A stretch of 64,000 bases of DNA. Source: Naegleria gruberi (taxonomy: Eukaryota). Under the pieces are notes generated by a model. That model was not told the origin of the DNA. It searched no databases and saw only the letters and a program-made list of their open reading frames with translations. The first letter of the stretch is position 1, and the number at the start of each line of letters is the position of its first letter. The stretch lies in the NCBI GenBank assembly GCA_000004985.1, contig GG738883.1; one strand, written 5' to 3'. Positions 42,767 through 54,156 of this stretch are shown here, one piece after another. The position numbers and the translations under genes were made by a program.

Positions 42767-43922
42767 TTACATAATTGAACACTTTTTTCCACTGTTGTTC
42801 CTTCTATATTTTTCTAAAATATTTGAGTCTTGTACAATGATTGTTTGTAATAGTTGTAAATCATCAGGTGAGAAGCTTTTCGACATTTTCATACATTCAT
42901 TAAATACTAAATCACTCTTCAACTTGTCCTGCGCAGATGCTTCAATAATTCTTGTGTTTTTCAATTGGAATCGAGTAATAATTTGGTTAATTTCATTCTT
43001 ACAATCAGTAATGGAAATTTGAATTTCTGTTTGTGGAATATCAATCTTGTTAATAACGAAAACCATGGGTAATCCAGCATTTTCGTTAATGTTCAAAATT
43101 TTCTTTACCATGCCATTTAAATTTTTCAAGGATTCACTGTTATCCAGAGAGCAGACCAGTATGAAACTCATTGCATCTCTAATATAACCATCTCTTAATG
43201 CTGCAAATTCCTCCTGACCAGCTGTTATTGAGCCATTGCATATTTATTTTCAATGGAATTCCAATAAAAATATGATATTGTACTTACCAGTATCCAGAAT
43301 TTCAGCAAAGACAGGTGCCCCATCAACAGAAACTTCCTTCCTATACGAATCCTCCAGGGTTGGATCATATAAACTAACAAATACACCCTGTATAAATTGA
43401 ATAGTCAAGGCTGTTTTACCAACCCTTGCTGCATATTTCAATTTAAATTTCACACCAAATAACAATTCAATAATAATTTTCAATAACATTTTAAATATTG
43501 AATAACATTCCAAATGATTACAAACCTTCTCCCATAATGACCATTTTAATAATATCCTTTTCCCAAACACTCTTTGAACTCTTCACTGCAGATTTAATAA
43601 ACCTCATCAATAACAGTTTCCTCCTCAAAACATTCTTTCTAATCATTTCCTCTTTCAATTTGTTTAATTCTTCCCCCAGTGATGCATTCGTTCCTAAATC
43701 CACTTGAAATAATTTCCACCAAAATTCCTCCATCAAATACTTGTTAGTTTCTTTGCAGAGTTTGGAATTAAGTGCTTGAAACTTGATAATGCTCAGTGCA
43801 CATGCCTTCCGAACCGAAAACTCAACTTGTTTAATATCCGAAGGAATTAGAAAAGAGAGAATATGTCGATGTATTTCGTTGGGTAATGAGAGAAAGGCTG
43901 ATGATGATTGCTTAGTAGACAT
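42767..43922 (-). CDS. F-box + Ras-family small GTPase fusion with a C-terminal CaaX box (CSIM). Join: exon1 43922..43526, intron 43525..43429 (GTTTGT...TATGCAG), exon2 43428..43288, intron 43287..43222 (GTAAGT...AACAG), exon3 43221..42767.
   Basis: N-terminus [33 protein letters not shown] is an F-box. The spliced GTPase reads ...KMVIMGEG|[48 protein letters not shown]|[14 protein letters not shown]...FVINKID...EASAQD...KKCSIM*. G1 (GEARVGKT) is completed across intron 1 and G3 (DTAGQE) across intron 2. The Ras effector loop [11 protein letters not shown] is present. Confidence 0.65.
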
Positions 43923-44863
43923 TTTTTTTAAAGTTTTGTAATCAAACTGTTGTTGTTCATTTGATGTTCCTTTTGATCTTGTTGTGGATGATTACAATAA
44001 TATAGCTCAACAATGTTCTCATACTTGAATTTGTTGTTGAGTGTACCAACCATTGTTCTTCCACTTGTGCCAAATCAATCTACCGTGCCATTCTTTGTTT
44101 TATACATATTTAAATAATACTGGAATATTTCTTTTTTCATCTTCTTTCAGGGAAGTAAATCGATGCTTTTCGGTTTCCCAGGTTGGGGAAGCTTGTAAGG
44201 AGGTTATAAAGCAAGAAAATACCCTATCCAGCAGGTGTAAATCTGTTAAGGCCTATTGACTGAAGAATAGAAGAAACTAATGTGTTGTTTGCCATCCCAT
44301 GAATATTGTCCATACCAACATTAATAGCCTCTTCGTTCACCTCAACTAATCGTTTTGGATTCAAAGAAATAGATTCGCCCAAATTTAAATTGTCATTGGT
44401 TAAGGAATGGTAACATTACCTCACTAACATGAGTTAATATGCAAGATTTACAGGCAATTGATAAACTCGAGAAACCAAAGAAAAGTTATGTCTATTATCG
44501 TAAACATGAAAAATAATCCACACTCCTACCTAATAAACCTCAAATTTACTCTTGATACAATCCTTAAACTTGATCAGTTACAGTTGGTTATTCTTCACAT
44601 ATTGCATCAACTTGCCTTAATGATCAACAACCGTCTTTTACCGCTCAAAATCGTTAAGGTTCTCAAACATTTTACCGTTGCACAATTTAAAATCATCACC
44701 AGAAAAAAACGTTCAAGCTCTTTGCAGACTAGTAGTTAAAAATCGTTGATTGCAACCGCCTTATCATCATCACACAAGCAATTAAATTATTAATATCAAC
44801 CCAGATACTAAGCATTCACAAAAGTTATAATAATTAAGAACCCTCATCAAATTTATTTACAAA

Positions 44864-45571
44864 ATGGCCACCAACTCGATATCAAATATTGTCTTTGATT
44901 ATCCAACTGCTCCTCCTTCTCTTGCTACTCATTTGAACGCTCCTGGACATTCGATTCGTAACTCTTCACATCATTTTCATCCAGTAGCCACAGCAAAGAT
45001 TGGAAAATCATCCTGCAGTAGTAGTGACTCATCTGGTCCAATTCAATCCTCAAGCGAACCTCTAAGAGTACCAACAAGAGTAAATCCAACAAAGAATCAA
45101 TCTTCCATTTCTTTCATTCCATCTAAGAGTGAAAGCTCAACTAGTGCATCTTCTTCGAATAACAAATCTAACAAGTCACTGAACTCTTCCACTATTAAAG
45201 TGACTGAGGTTGGAGCTGTTAGCTCTGTCGAATCACCAAATTTCTGGGCTAGAAAGAGTAGAAATGCTGGATTCAAGAAGGAGGATAATCTCTCCGATGG
45301 TTTGGCCACATTCTTATCAGAAAAGAAGACCATTGAAGATGGTCGTCCAGAGAATATCAGTGGTGCTACCCTCAAGAGAAGTATTGCCACACCAGTTCCT
45401 AATGAGAAACCAACAAGTAAGGTCAAAACAATTGCTCCACCATCCAATGATGATCCACGCCCTAATAGATTGGCTCAAATTCCACCTCCAGTGATTAAGG
45501 AGAAGGCAAGAGGAAAGGCCAAGCTAAAGGAAACACAACCAACTAGACCGACCTTTGCTACTCACTACTAG
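44864..45571 (+). CDS. Ser/Pro/Thr-rich low-complexity protein.
   Basis: 235-aa ORF; no domain. Confidence 0.35.
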   Translation: MATNSISNIVFDYPTAPPSLATHLNAPGHSIRNSSHHFHPVATAKIGKSSCSSSDSSGPIQSSSEPLRVPTRVNPTKNQSSISFIPSKSESSTSASSSNNKSNKSLNSSTIKVTEVGAVSSVESPNFWARKSRNAGFKKEDNLSDGLATFLSEKKTIEDGRPENISGATLKRSIATPVPNEKPTSKVKTIAPPSNDDPRPNRLAQIPPPVIKEKARGKAKLKETQPTRPTFATHY

Positions 45572-45836
45572 ATCAATTTTTATAATCTCTATTCTTTAAT
45601 TGTAAATACAAGAACTAAGCCGCCCCGATGATTATCAGACATTAACCATTGAAGAAAATTCAATGGTTTAAATGATGATGATTAGAAATAAAATTATTTT
45701 CAAATAATCAATACAATATTGTGTATTTTCTATTGTTGATAGGGAATTATTGCAAATAATAATAAATATTATTATTTATATTTAATATCAAATTTAATTA
45801 ATATTCTGATAGATCATTTAATAATAAAATTAAAAA

Positions 45837-46388
45837 ATGTTGCAACCACGTTTATTACCAAAAGTCTTGGAACAAATCAACACGGATGGAATTAAAACAA
45901 CAATACTGTGTAATGTTAACGGATCATTAATTAGTTCAGCATCAACGACAAATACAACATCAGCCAACAGCAGCGAACAACAATTAACCTATCAACAACA
46001 TCTTCTTCCATCACAACTTAAACATTTGGATAAATTGGTTGCTGCTATTGCTGCCAATATGTGGTACTCTTATCAAAAAGCTGGTAAAACAGCCTTCTCA
46101 CCATCTCCTATTGAATATGATGAAAACGGAAATGTTATTGAACAAGAACCACAAGATCAAGAGGATCAATTGCCACCACAAGAATTAAAATGTCTATTGG
46201 CTGATTGTGAATATGGAAGAATGGCCATCACTGGAGTGAGTAGAAATGTCGTCTTGTGTGTTTGTGCAGAAAAGAATGTACCTTTTGGATTGTTGAACAA
46301 AAAGACAACTGTTTTGAGAGAATATCTGTCGGAACCTTTCAAGATTATTGATGAAGCAATTGAGGAGGAAGAGGAAGAAGAATTTTAA
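45837..46388 (+). CDS. LAMTOR2: LAMTOR2 / Ragulator p14 (Roadblock/LC7 fold) with Q-rich and acidic insertions.
   Basis: MLQPRLLPKVLEQINTDGIKTTILCNVNGSLIS...AAIAANMWYSYQKAGKTAF...CLLADCEYGRMAITGVSRNVVLCVCAEKNVPFGLLNKKTTVLREYLSEPF aligns block-for-block with human LAMTOR2. Confidence 0.85.
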   Translation: MLQPRLLPKVLEQINTDGIKTTILCNVNGSLISSASTTNTTSANSSEQQLTYQQHLLPSQLKHLDKLVAAIAANMWYSYQKAGKTAFSPSPIEYDENGNVIEQEPQDQEDQLPPQELKCLLADCEYGRMAITGVSRNVVLCVCAEKNVPFGLLNKKTTVLREYLSEPFKIIDEAIEEEEEEEF

Positions 46389-46622
46389 TTGATTTTATAA
46401 TAATATTAACAATTTAGAAAATTATTTATTTAATTTAACAATAACTTTATGATTTATTAGGAGAAGAATTTTCAATTATATAAAACAAATTGGAAAAAAT
46501 CTTAGTGAACCAATAATAATAACCAGCAACACCTTTTTAAAAAACGAAACACGAATAATAGTTTATAATTTTTTGTAAATAAATATTGAATAATAATACA
46601 TTGAAAAAAGCTCGAAAAGGAT

Positions 46623-48719
46623 CTATCTGAATTCAACACTATCATCACTGTCAGCTCCATATTCATCTTCGTATTCCTCTTCACTGGCATACTCTGATTC
46701 ATACCCACTAACTTTTCCAGAATTGGAAGGTCTAAAACGAGAACCCAATCTTCTAGAACTTCTCTTATTGCTATCAGAAATTCTTATTGACCTAGTCTTT
46801 AATGATCTGACCTCACTTAAATATTCCTTATTTTGTGAATCCATTTCTTGTAATCTGAATTCGAGCATTTTTCTAGTCTTTTCTTCAGTATTCAATTTCT
46901 CCCTCAATTGTAGAATCGTATTGATCATTTGCTGATATGATAATTTGTTGATACTAATTATATTATTACTGACTGTACCTTCTATTGTCATTAATTCATC
47001 CACTGGATGATCAAGAGCGATCTTTCTTTCATCTTCAAGTTTTTTTTGTTGTTCCATTTTGGCTTGTTTTGCAATCTTGAACTCCTTCTTGGTCAAGACA
47101 GCTCCAAAGTTATCAGGATCATTCTTTGCCAATGCGACAAAAGATTCATATCTCTTGAGCACTGATGATAAATTGTCATGCCACATTCTAAGTGAAATGG
47201 ATGTGTCAACATAATGATAGAGGGAAGGATCTTGTTCTGTAGATCCAAAATCTTCTGTTACAATTACACTAGTGTTAAATCCACCTTTTTGTTGGTAAAT
47301 GACCTTGATGCCATTTACAGAATCAGTATTGGTCTTTTTTTTTTCTTCCTTTTTACCTGGTTGTTCCTCATCATCATCCTCTACCTTTTCAACAGTCTTG
47401 ACTTGGTTCATAATTTCCAATTTCTTAATATGATCGTATGGAATTTCACGATCGACAAGAAATTCTGATTGTGCATGACCTTCACTTGTAGTTGATTCAC
47501 GAATAGTCATGACAACCAAAGATTCACCAGTCAATCTTACCAATCTCAATGGATAAATCATATCAGCACCAACTGATAATTTTTCAACAATACCTCTTGG
47601 CATGTGACCTCTGAAATTCTTTGAAGCACCTCCTCTCTTTTGTTCTGTATCAGATCCACTTGAATAATTTTTTGGTTGGAGACCTACGAGAAGTTGCTTT
47701 TTGGCAACTCCACCACTAGGTGAGCTTGGAGAGGTACTAGGCGAATTAAACATTGAACCAGCTCTCAAATGTTGCATACCACGAGCACTGAGAGCTCCAC
47801 TTTGAGTTGAAGTTGTAGAGGTTGCACTCTTCTTGACCCACAATTGATCACGAGACAAATTCTTTGAACCCTTAAGCTCTATATCATAAGGTGAATCATT
47901 TTCAAAAATTTGAGAATAATTCACAACGAGTACTGACACAATTGCACAAATAGTTGGAGTATCCTTAAGAGAATTCATTGCAAAAGCAGATGGATCATCT
48001 CTCTTCAAATCACCATTCTCATCCTCCTCTTCAGAGGGAGCCCACAATAAATTCGGACCCAAAACCAGTGCAACATTCTCATCATTCATCATGGTTACCT
48101 CACGATTCTTCACAATCAATGCACACAAGGCCATCAACCTCTCCAACACTACAATATTCCTCTCCGACATGCTTCTCACAATTCCTCTCAATTCAATCAC
48201 CCTCTCACGTGTAATACTCGACTCGGCACCACTCGTCGATTCATTTTCTTCTTCTGATGCTGCTGAGGAGGAATTGGCGCCAAACAAATTACATAATTTA
48301 CGATAGAATCGAGCTTCAATCAGCGGCTGAGGCAACTCTCTCAGGTACATCTTCAACAAGCTGGCAATGGCATTCGGATCAGTGCCTGGCATGATGGGTT
48401 TATAGTTGGAATTGTTGGCCTCTTCGAATTGTTGTTTGAGTGCCTCGGTATGACGCAGAGAACCACTCACACGAAAGATGCCCAATACCTGACCATGAAT
48501 GGCAATGTAGGAACAGAGCATGTCGATAAAGTCTGGAACTGGTGGAAGATCGGCTCCACTAGTGCTGCTGCTTGATGATGATGAGAGTTTTTGTTCCTTG
48601 TGGAAGAGAAATCCTAATGGTCTGCCAAAGATTTTGTTCACTTTGAATTGTTGGAATGTTGTTATTAGAAAGGTTGTTATTATTATTCGAAAGTGGATTA
48701 AATTGATGAGCCAATTCAT
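46623..48719 (-). CDS. RhoGAP-domain protein; N-terminal boundary uncertain.
   Basis: GIFRVSGSLRHTEALKQQFEE (arginine finger), LLKMYLRELPQPL, and MMNDENVALVLGPNLLW. The first ~25 residues of the ORF look non-coding, so there may be an upstream exon. Confidence 0.75.
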   Translation of the reverse strand: MNWLINLIHFRIIITTFLITTFQQFKVNKIFGRPLGFLFHKEQKLSSSSSSSTSGADLPPVPDFIDMLCSYIAIHGQVLGIFRVSGSLRHTEALKQQFEEANNSNYKPIMPGTDPNAIASLLKMYLRELPQPLIEARFYRKLCNLFGANSSSAASEEENESTSGAESSITRERVIELRGIVRSMSERNIVVLERLMALCALIVKNREVTMMNDENVALVLGPNLLWAPSEEEDENGDLKRDDPSAFAMNSLKDTPTICAIVSVLVVNYSQIFENDSPYDIELKGSKNLSRDQLWVKKSATSTTSTQSGALSARGMQHLRAGSMFNSPSTSPSSPSGGVAKKQLLVGLQPKNYSSGSDTEQKRGGASKNFRGHMPRGIVEKLSVGADMIYPLRLVRLTGESLVVMTIRESTTSEGHAQSEFLVDREIPYDHIKKLEIMNQVKTVEKVEDDDEEQPGKKEEKKKTNTDSVNGIKVIYQQKGGFNTSVIVTEDFGSTEQDPSLYHYVDTSISLRMWHDNLSSVLKRYESFVALAKNDPDNFGAVLTKKEFKIAKQAKMEQQKKLEDERKIALDHPVDELMTIEGTVSNNIISINKLSYQQMINTILQLREKLNTEEKTRKMLEFRLQEMDSQNKEYLSEVRSLKTRSIRISDSNKRSSRRLGSRFRPSNSGKVSGYESEYASEEEYEDEYGADSDDSVEFR

Positions 48720-48814
48720 AAGTTGTTGTTGTGTTTGTGAAAGTGATGGCAGTTGTTAAATTTGACAAGTAAGAGTTGTCAACAATATAAAGCGGATTAA
48801 AAAGATGATGATGA

Positions 48815-49276
48815 TCAAGAACGTGTGTGAATGTAATCAATAATCAAAATTTGTATCCTAAGCAAACACAGATAATCTAATAACTTGTACTTACTCTCTT
48901 GGGGTGGTATTGGTGGTGATAATTGTAAATGCATAGTATTTTCTCTACTAATAAACATTGCATATGTGGATTGACCAATACTGTCATTCATTTGGACGTG
49001 AATTAATTCCTTTAAGAGTTCCTTTCTCTTCTTCTTTGGATCTTTCTGTTTAGAGAGCACTGATTTTTCAATATCGGAAGGTAGAAGAGCAAATTTATGT
49101 TTGGAAAGTTTTGGCATACATCTTTCTTGGATGAATTGATCCATGACTTGACTGAAGGTTTCGTCAGATCGAACACCATCTAGACGAAAGGTTTCTACTT
49201 CATTGATGTGAATATTAACACACAATTGTGTTACATCATCAGATAGAGAAGACATTTTTTTACTGTGTGATGACAA
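48815..49276 (-). CDS. Hypothetical protein.
   Basis: 153-aa ORF; a possible ubiquitin-like fold at the N-terminus, but no motif I can name. Confidence 0.3.
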   Translation of the reverse strand: MSSHSKKMSSLSDDVTQLCVNIHINEVETFRLDGVRSDETFSQVMDQFIQERCMPKLSKHKFALLPSDIEKSVLSKQKDPKKKRKELLKELIHVQMNDSIGQSTYAMFISRENTMHLQLSPPIPPQESKYKLLDYLCLLRIQILIIDYIHTRS

Positions 49277-49620
49277 GTGATCGCCTCTTGGTCAAGTTTT
49301 CTCAAATCAGTGAATGTTTTTTCTTCGTTGTCAACAAATCTTTGAATGGATCCTTATTGATTTTTCTTATGGTTAAGCCATAGTTATAACTGCTAGTTCT
49401 ATCTTATCGTTGGATTGAATAGTATTGTTGTAATTTGTCCTTTTTTAAAACTTTTTTCTGTTGGATAATTTATTTGAAGAATTTACAAAATAATTTATAG
49501 GTTAGATTTGGTTTTTGTGTCCATACGAGACAGACACAACTCTAGGTGTTAAATGATCATTCCGATACGATCCTCCAATAATAATTATTAATTAATATTG
49601 AAAAGGATGATTTCCAAAAT

Positions 49621-50094
49621 TTAATCCGTAAAGGCAGCAAGTGCATTATCAAACTTTGACATGACAGTCTCTGTAACTTGTTGTAAATTAACTAATCCTT
49701 CTTCAAGAGTTTCCTTTGCAGTATACTTTTCACCAACAGTTTGGAGTCTCAAATTCATCTTGGCTTCAAGTGGATGAGGAACAGTGTAACCACAGAAGCT
49801 AACTTTCTTATTCTTCATTAACATGTGTCTAACAGAGTTACCCATTGTGTGGCTTTCCTTGTGGAAGATAAAAGTAGAAACGGAAGCATCAGGTCCGAGA
49901 TGAATTTCAATATTTGCTGTGATAGCAGCGTGATCTTGAACGATAGATTGTTCCTTCTTCTTTTTCTTTTTTTTATCGGTTTTTGATGAGGAATCACCTT
50001 GTTCATCTTGCATAGTGGCGTCTTCTTCGGCTTCCACTTCGAGAAGTTCTTCATCAAGGTAACTTGGTTTATCTTCGTTTTCAGAGTCAGACAT
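49621..50094 (-). CDS. RNA polymerase subunit of the Rpb11/RPAC2 (AC19, POLR1D-like) family with an acidic N-terminal extension.
   Basis: FIFHKESHTMGNSVRHMLMKNKKVSFCGYTVPHPLEAKMNLRLQT matches the EDHTLGN...F..Y.V.HP.......IQT core. The N-terminal D/E/K tract resembles yeast AC19. Confidence 0.7.
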   Translation of the reverse strand: MSDSENEDKPSYLDEELLEVEAEEDATMQDEQGDSSSKTDKKKKKKKEQSIVQDHAAITANIEIHLGPDASVSTFIFHKESHTMGNSVRHMLMKNKKVSFCGYTVPHPLEAKMNLRLQTVGEKYTAKETLEEGLVNLQQVTETVMSKFDNALAAFTD

Positions 50095-50380
50095 TTTTTT
50101 TCAATTTATTTTTTGATATTTTTCATTAATTATTTTTCTTCGCCTCTATAAACTTGCAGCAAGTGTGAGAGACAACCAAGTAATATATAGAAGATAACAC
50201 TCTGTAACAACCAACACATCACAATATTATTCAACTATTCTGTTTGTTCAAAGTCTACCCATGAAAAGAAGTTTTTTAAAAATAACAAGGAAGTGAGGTG
50301 GCAAAGATTTGGACTTATCACTGCGTATCCGATATTATTGTGTTTCAGATTAAAAAAATTCAAATATCGTCTATATCATC

Positions 50381-52846
50381 ATGGGTAATGAGGTTACCAA
50401 GCTCTCCCCGGAGGAGTTGAAGAATCGGCAGATTCAGAAAGTCGATATGGAGATGAGCAGAAAGATGCAGAAGGGTAGTAGATACAATAGTATGTATTGG
50501 TTTGATTGTATTTGTGTTGAAAAGTTTTGATTCCGAATTGTTGTTGGTAAATAATCAACACCATCACGTAACTAAAAATAATAATAATTTATTGGAAAAT
50601 TGGAAATAATGATCATGTGAATATTAATATTTTCTAATTGGAATTATATATTTTGCAATGAATGATGAATAACAATAATAGTGAAGGTACTTTTGAAGGG
50701 TGATCGTAATTCAGGAAAAACCATGTTGTTCAGAAGACTTCAAGGGCAACCATTTAGTGAAGCCTACATTCCTTCAACCGCAATTTCTACAGCTCATGTT
50801 CATTGGAATTACAAGGCCAGTGATGATACAGTAGTAGTTGAAGTTTGGGATGTTGTTGACAAGGGAAAGTTGAATGGTATCACAAATTATGAGGATGCTG
50901 TAATTGATGAAGAAGATAATCAACCAACTCCAGAACAACTTCAACTCAAAGCTCAAGCAATGGCTAAATCAACAGAGTATGAAGTGGAACAATTGAAAAA
51001 GAAAACTAGTTCACCAGCTGTAACAAATTCACCAAATTTTGGAGATCATCAATTGACTGTTATTGATGCCAATATTGTAGATGTTTACAAACATTGTAAT
51101 GCTGTATTATTAGTCTTTGATATTACCAAACCTTGGACATGGGAATATGTAAAGAATGAAATTGAGAACAAAGTTCCAGAAGGTGTTGAAATTGCTGTCA
51201 TTGCAAATTGTAAAGATTTGGAAAATAAGAGAGTTGTTACACAAAATGAAGTTACTGAATTTTGTGCTAGAAGAGGAGTTTTCATCATTGAATGCAGTGG
51301 CTTGAATTGTTATGGATTGAAGGAGATTTACACTTGGTTAAACATTCCATTCTTAAAACTCAAAATTGACATTACAAAGAAGCAATTGAATATTTTGGAA
51401 GAGGAATTACAATTCGGAAAGGAAGAAGTGGATCTCTACTTGAAAACATCCAATTATGCCAATCACTTGCAATCTCTCAAAGAAAAGAAGAAGGCAACCA
51501 GTGGGTTCACAGAAGAACTTGCCAATCGTAAGGTAGCTGTTAAGAGACCAACATTGCCACCATCTACACCACCTCCTTCAACCAATCACACTGCTCTCCC
51601 ACAAGCATCTCAAGTTCACAGACCACCAACCACAACAACTGTTCAACACAATACTCCAGATGCCACCTCTATTCCACATCATCAACCTCAACCACAAACT
51701 CAATCACCTGTTCCACCACAAGTCAGATCTGCTCAACCAACCACTCCACAATCTGCTACACCTACTCCAAAAACAAATTCAGGTGGAGGAGGTTTCTTCT
51801 CTGCAGCTCTCTCTTACTTTGGCGGATCTAGTAAGGAAACACCAAAACCTCAACCTCCAAAGGCTGTCCTTCAACCAGTTATTACTGAAAGTAAGGAAAA
51901 GGTTGACATTAATAATTTCTATGCTGGAAATGATGATGAAGATGCTTTCTATTCTGACGAAGGTGAACAATATGCAAGCACCAATGTCACTACAAGTAGA
52001 TCTATGGAAGATGAAGAGGATTCTCCATCAACAAAACCTAAAAAGAAAACTACTAAGAAGTCAACAAAATCTAAAAAGTCAACCAAGAAATCAAAGAAGG
52101 TTGAAAGTGAAGATGAAGAGGAAGAAGAGGACGAAGATTTCAGAGATAGACCAATGATTGACCAATCTGTTAATGAATCTATGGAAGAATTATATGTTCC
52201 TGTATCCAAACAATCATTCAAAAAGTCAGTTTTGGCTGCCACTACTAGCAGTCCTAGTCCAAAGGAAACTCCAAAACCTGAACCAGTTATTGTCAAGAAG
52301 GAAATCCCAACTCTTTCAAAGGAAGAAATTGCTGTAGAGGATGATAACGGTTTCTACAGTGAAGAGGAAGAAACCAAAGTGGAGGAAGAAGACACTTATG
52401 AAGATGCTTTTGCCACCACTACTGACACTAACACTGCACCAGTTACAACTCAAGAAGATGAAGAAGAAAACTTTTATGGAGATGAAATTAAGGAAACCTC
52501 AATGGATATTGTCCCAGAAACTAATGAATCATTCTACGATGACGAAGAAGAAAAGGTACAAGAAGAACCAGTTGAACCTCCAAAGCCAGCCATTGTCTCT
52601 TCTCCAGTTGTTCAAGTTGAAGAACAAAAGCCTGAAGAACCAAAGCAATCAATCTTCTCCCAAAGATCCTACTATGAAGAGGAAGAAGAAAAGCCAAAGA
52701 AGAAAAAGTCCACTAAAAAGGCATCAACCAAGAAATCATCTGCTGAAACTTCTGAAGAAAAACCAAAGAAGAAAAAGAAGAAACCAAAAGCACCAGCTGC
52801 AGAAGAGAGCCAGCCATCTGTTCCAACTGGCTATGAAGAAATATAA
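50381..52846 (+). CDS. RABL6: RABL6-like atypical GTPase, predicted N-myristoylated, with a long acidic/basic C-terminal extension. Join: exon1 50381..50489, intron 50490..50681 (GTATGT...AATAG), exon2 50682..52846.
   Basis: Exon2 MKVLLKGDRNSGKTMLFRRLQGQPFSEAYIPST...WNYKASDDTVVVEVWDVVDKG...DVYKHCNAVLLVFDITKPWTWEY...LNIPFLKLK matches RABL6 blocks. Exon1 MGNEVTKL... (Gly2, Thr6) joins to give ...KGSRYNMKVLL, paralleling human ...KGVQYNMKIVI. Confidence 0.8.
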
Positions 52847-53204
52847 AGTTTCAATAAATTATTGATAGAACAAACTTGAGTAATAATACTTGAGAGTTCT
52901 TTGATTACAAAATATGAAATCACGTTTTGGAATTTTAATTATAATTATTAATTACAAAAAAAATGCATAATCAATTAGTAAAGAAGATTTTGGAAACCTC
53001 CAACAAGGCCACACAAATCAAGACTCTCCTACCAATTGCTACAAAAACAATTGATCATGAATCAGATGGAGCACTGGTAGGTGTTTTATTGAAAATCATT
53101 ATAAAAAACAATATATGAATTAAATCTTTGAATATTTCGGAATTAATAATATAATGATTGGAATGATAAAATAGTATCAAGTAAGAATTGCAGTAGGAGG
53201 ATAC

Positions 53205-54122
53205 TTGAAAACAAGTAATTTGGAAAAGGAAATTGAAAAGGAACAAGAATCAAAGAAGGAAAAGGTTCAAACACCTCCACCACAAGAACCAAAGGAAAAT
53301 AATAACCTTACTCAGGATCCATTCAGACCTATCGATGAGACACTTCTTGTAAAACATGTGGAGCCTTATCATACAGTTGTTTTGAACAAATTTATGGTCA
53401 TTCCTGAACATTTGTTGATTGTTACGAAAGAGTTTGAGCCACAAACTGATAATTTGAGTGTTGGAGATTTTGAATCAATTGTAAATACTATGAGCGAGCT
53501 TAATGGAGATAGGGATGATTATATTTGTTTCTATAATCGTGGACTTTATTCTGGAGCTTCTCAACCTCACAAACATGTTCAAATTGTTCCAAAGAGGGAG
53601 AGAAATGAAAATTTGGAATGGAGTGATAAAGAGCAATTCCCACTTCCTAAAAAGTTTGATTTATATGCTGACGAGTCAGGAAATTCATTGAGAGAATGCA
53701 TAGATTTCCCATTCATTCATCAAATCAGATCTATCAAAGATTGTTTCGAAAAGCCAGATTCAAAGGAAATTGTAAAATCACTCACTGAGGTCTATAACTC
53801 AATGTTAAAGGAATTGGATATGTATGATGAAAAACAAGTTACCGAGGAAGAAGAACGATTCATGGATGTTCAATGTTTGGATGGAGAGATTAAGAAGATT
53901 AACTTGTCCACCAAAAAGTATCCAAGTTATAATCTTCTCTTCTCTAAAAAGTGGATGGTTGTTGTGCCTAGAAGAAATGAAAACTTTATGGGAATTTCAT
54001 GTAATTCTCTGGCCTTCTTGCATGGTTTCTTCTGTAGATCTGATGAATATTGGGAACGCTTAAAGACTGAAATTCAAATCCCAAGATTGTTGGCTCACGT
54101 TACATTCCCAAAAGATAACTAA
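53205..54122 (+). CDS. ATP adenylyltransferase / Ap4A phosphorylase (APA1/APA2-like, HIT superfamily GalT branch).
   Basis: LNKFMVIPEHLLIVTKEF...FYNRGLYSGASQPHKHVQIVP (HxHxQ) and a conserved C-terminal block. Confidence 0.6.
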   Translation: MKTSNLEKEIEKEQESKKEKVQTPPPQEPKENNNLTQDPFRPIDETLLVKHVEPYHTVVLNKFMVIPEHLLIVTKEFEPQTDNLSVGDFESIVNTMSELNGDRDDYICFYNRGLYSGASQPHKHVQIVPKRERNENLEWSDKEQFPLPKKFDLYADESGNSLRECIDFPFIHQIRSIKDCFEKPDSKEIVKSLTEVYNSMLKELDMYDEKQVTEEEERFMDVQCLDGEIKKINLSTKKYPSYNLLFSKKWMVVVPRRNENFMGISCNSLAFLHGFFCRSDEYWERLKTEIQIPRLLAHVTFPKDN

Positions 54123-54156
54123 GTGTTGAGCATTATTGTTGAATAAAATACAATAT

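Noticed and set aside
43250-43570. 106-aa [13 protein letters not shown]... containing a partial Ras motif.
   Set aside because: It is an artefact of reading through an intron. The real GTPase exon is 43288..43428, spliced to the flanking exons.
48880-48930. GTAAGTACAAG...TTGCTTAG inside the 3' part of ORF 48815..49276, suggesting an intron.
   Set aside because: Splicing there yields a stop three codons later and no better protein. The unspliced ORF is retained as a low-confidence hypothetical.
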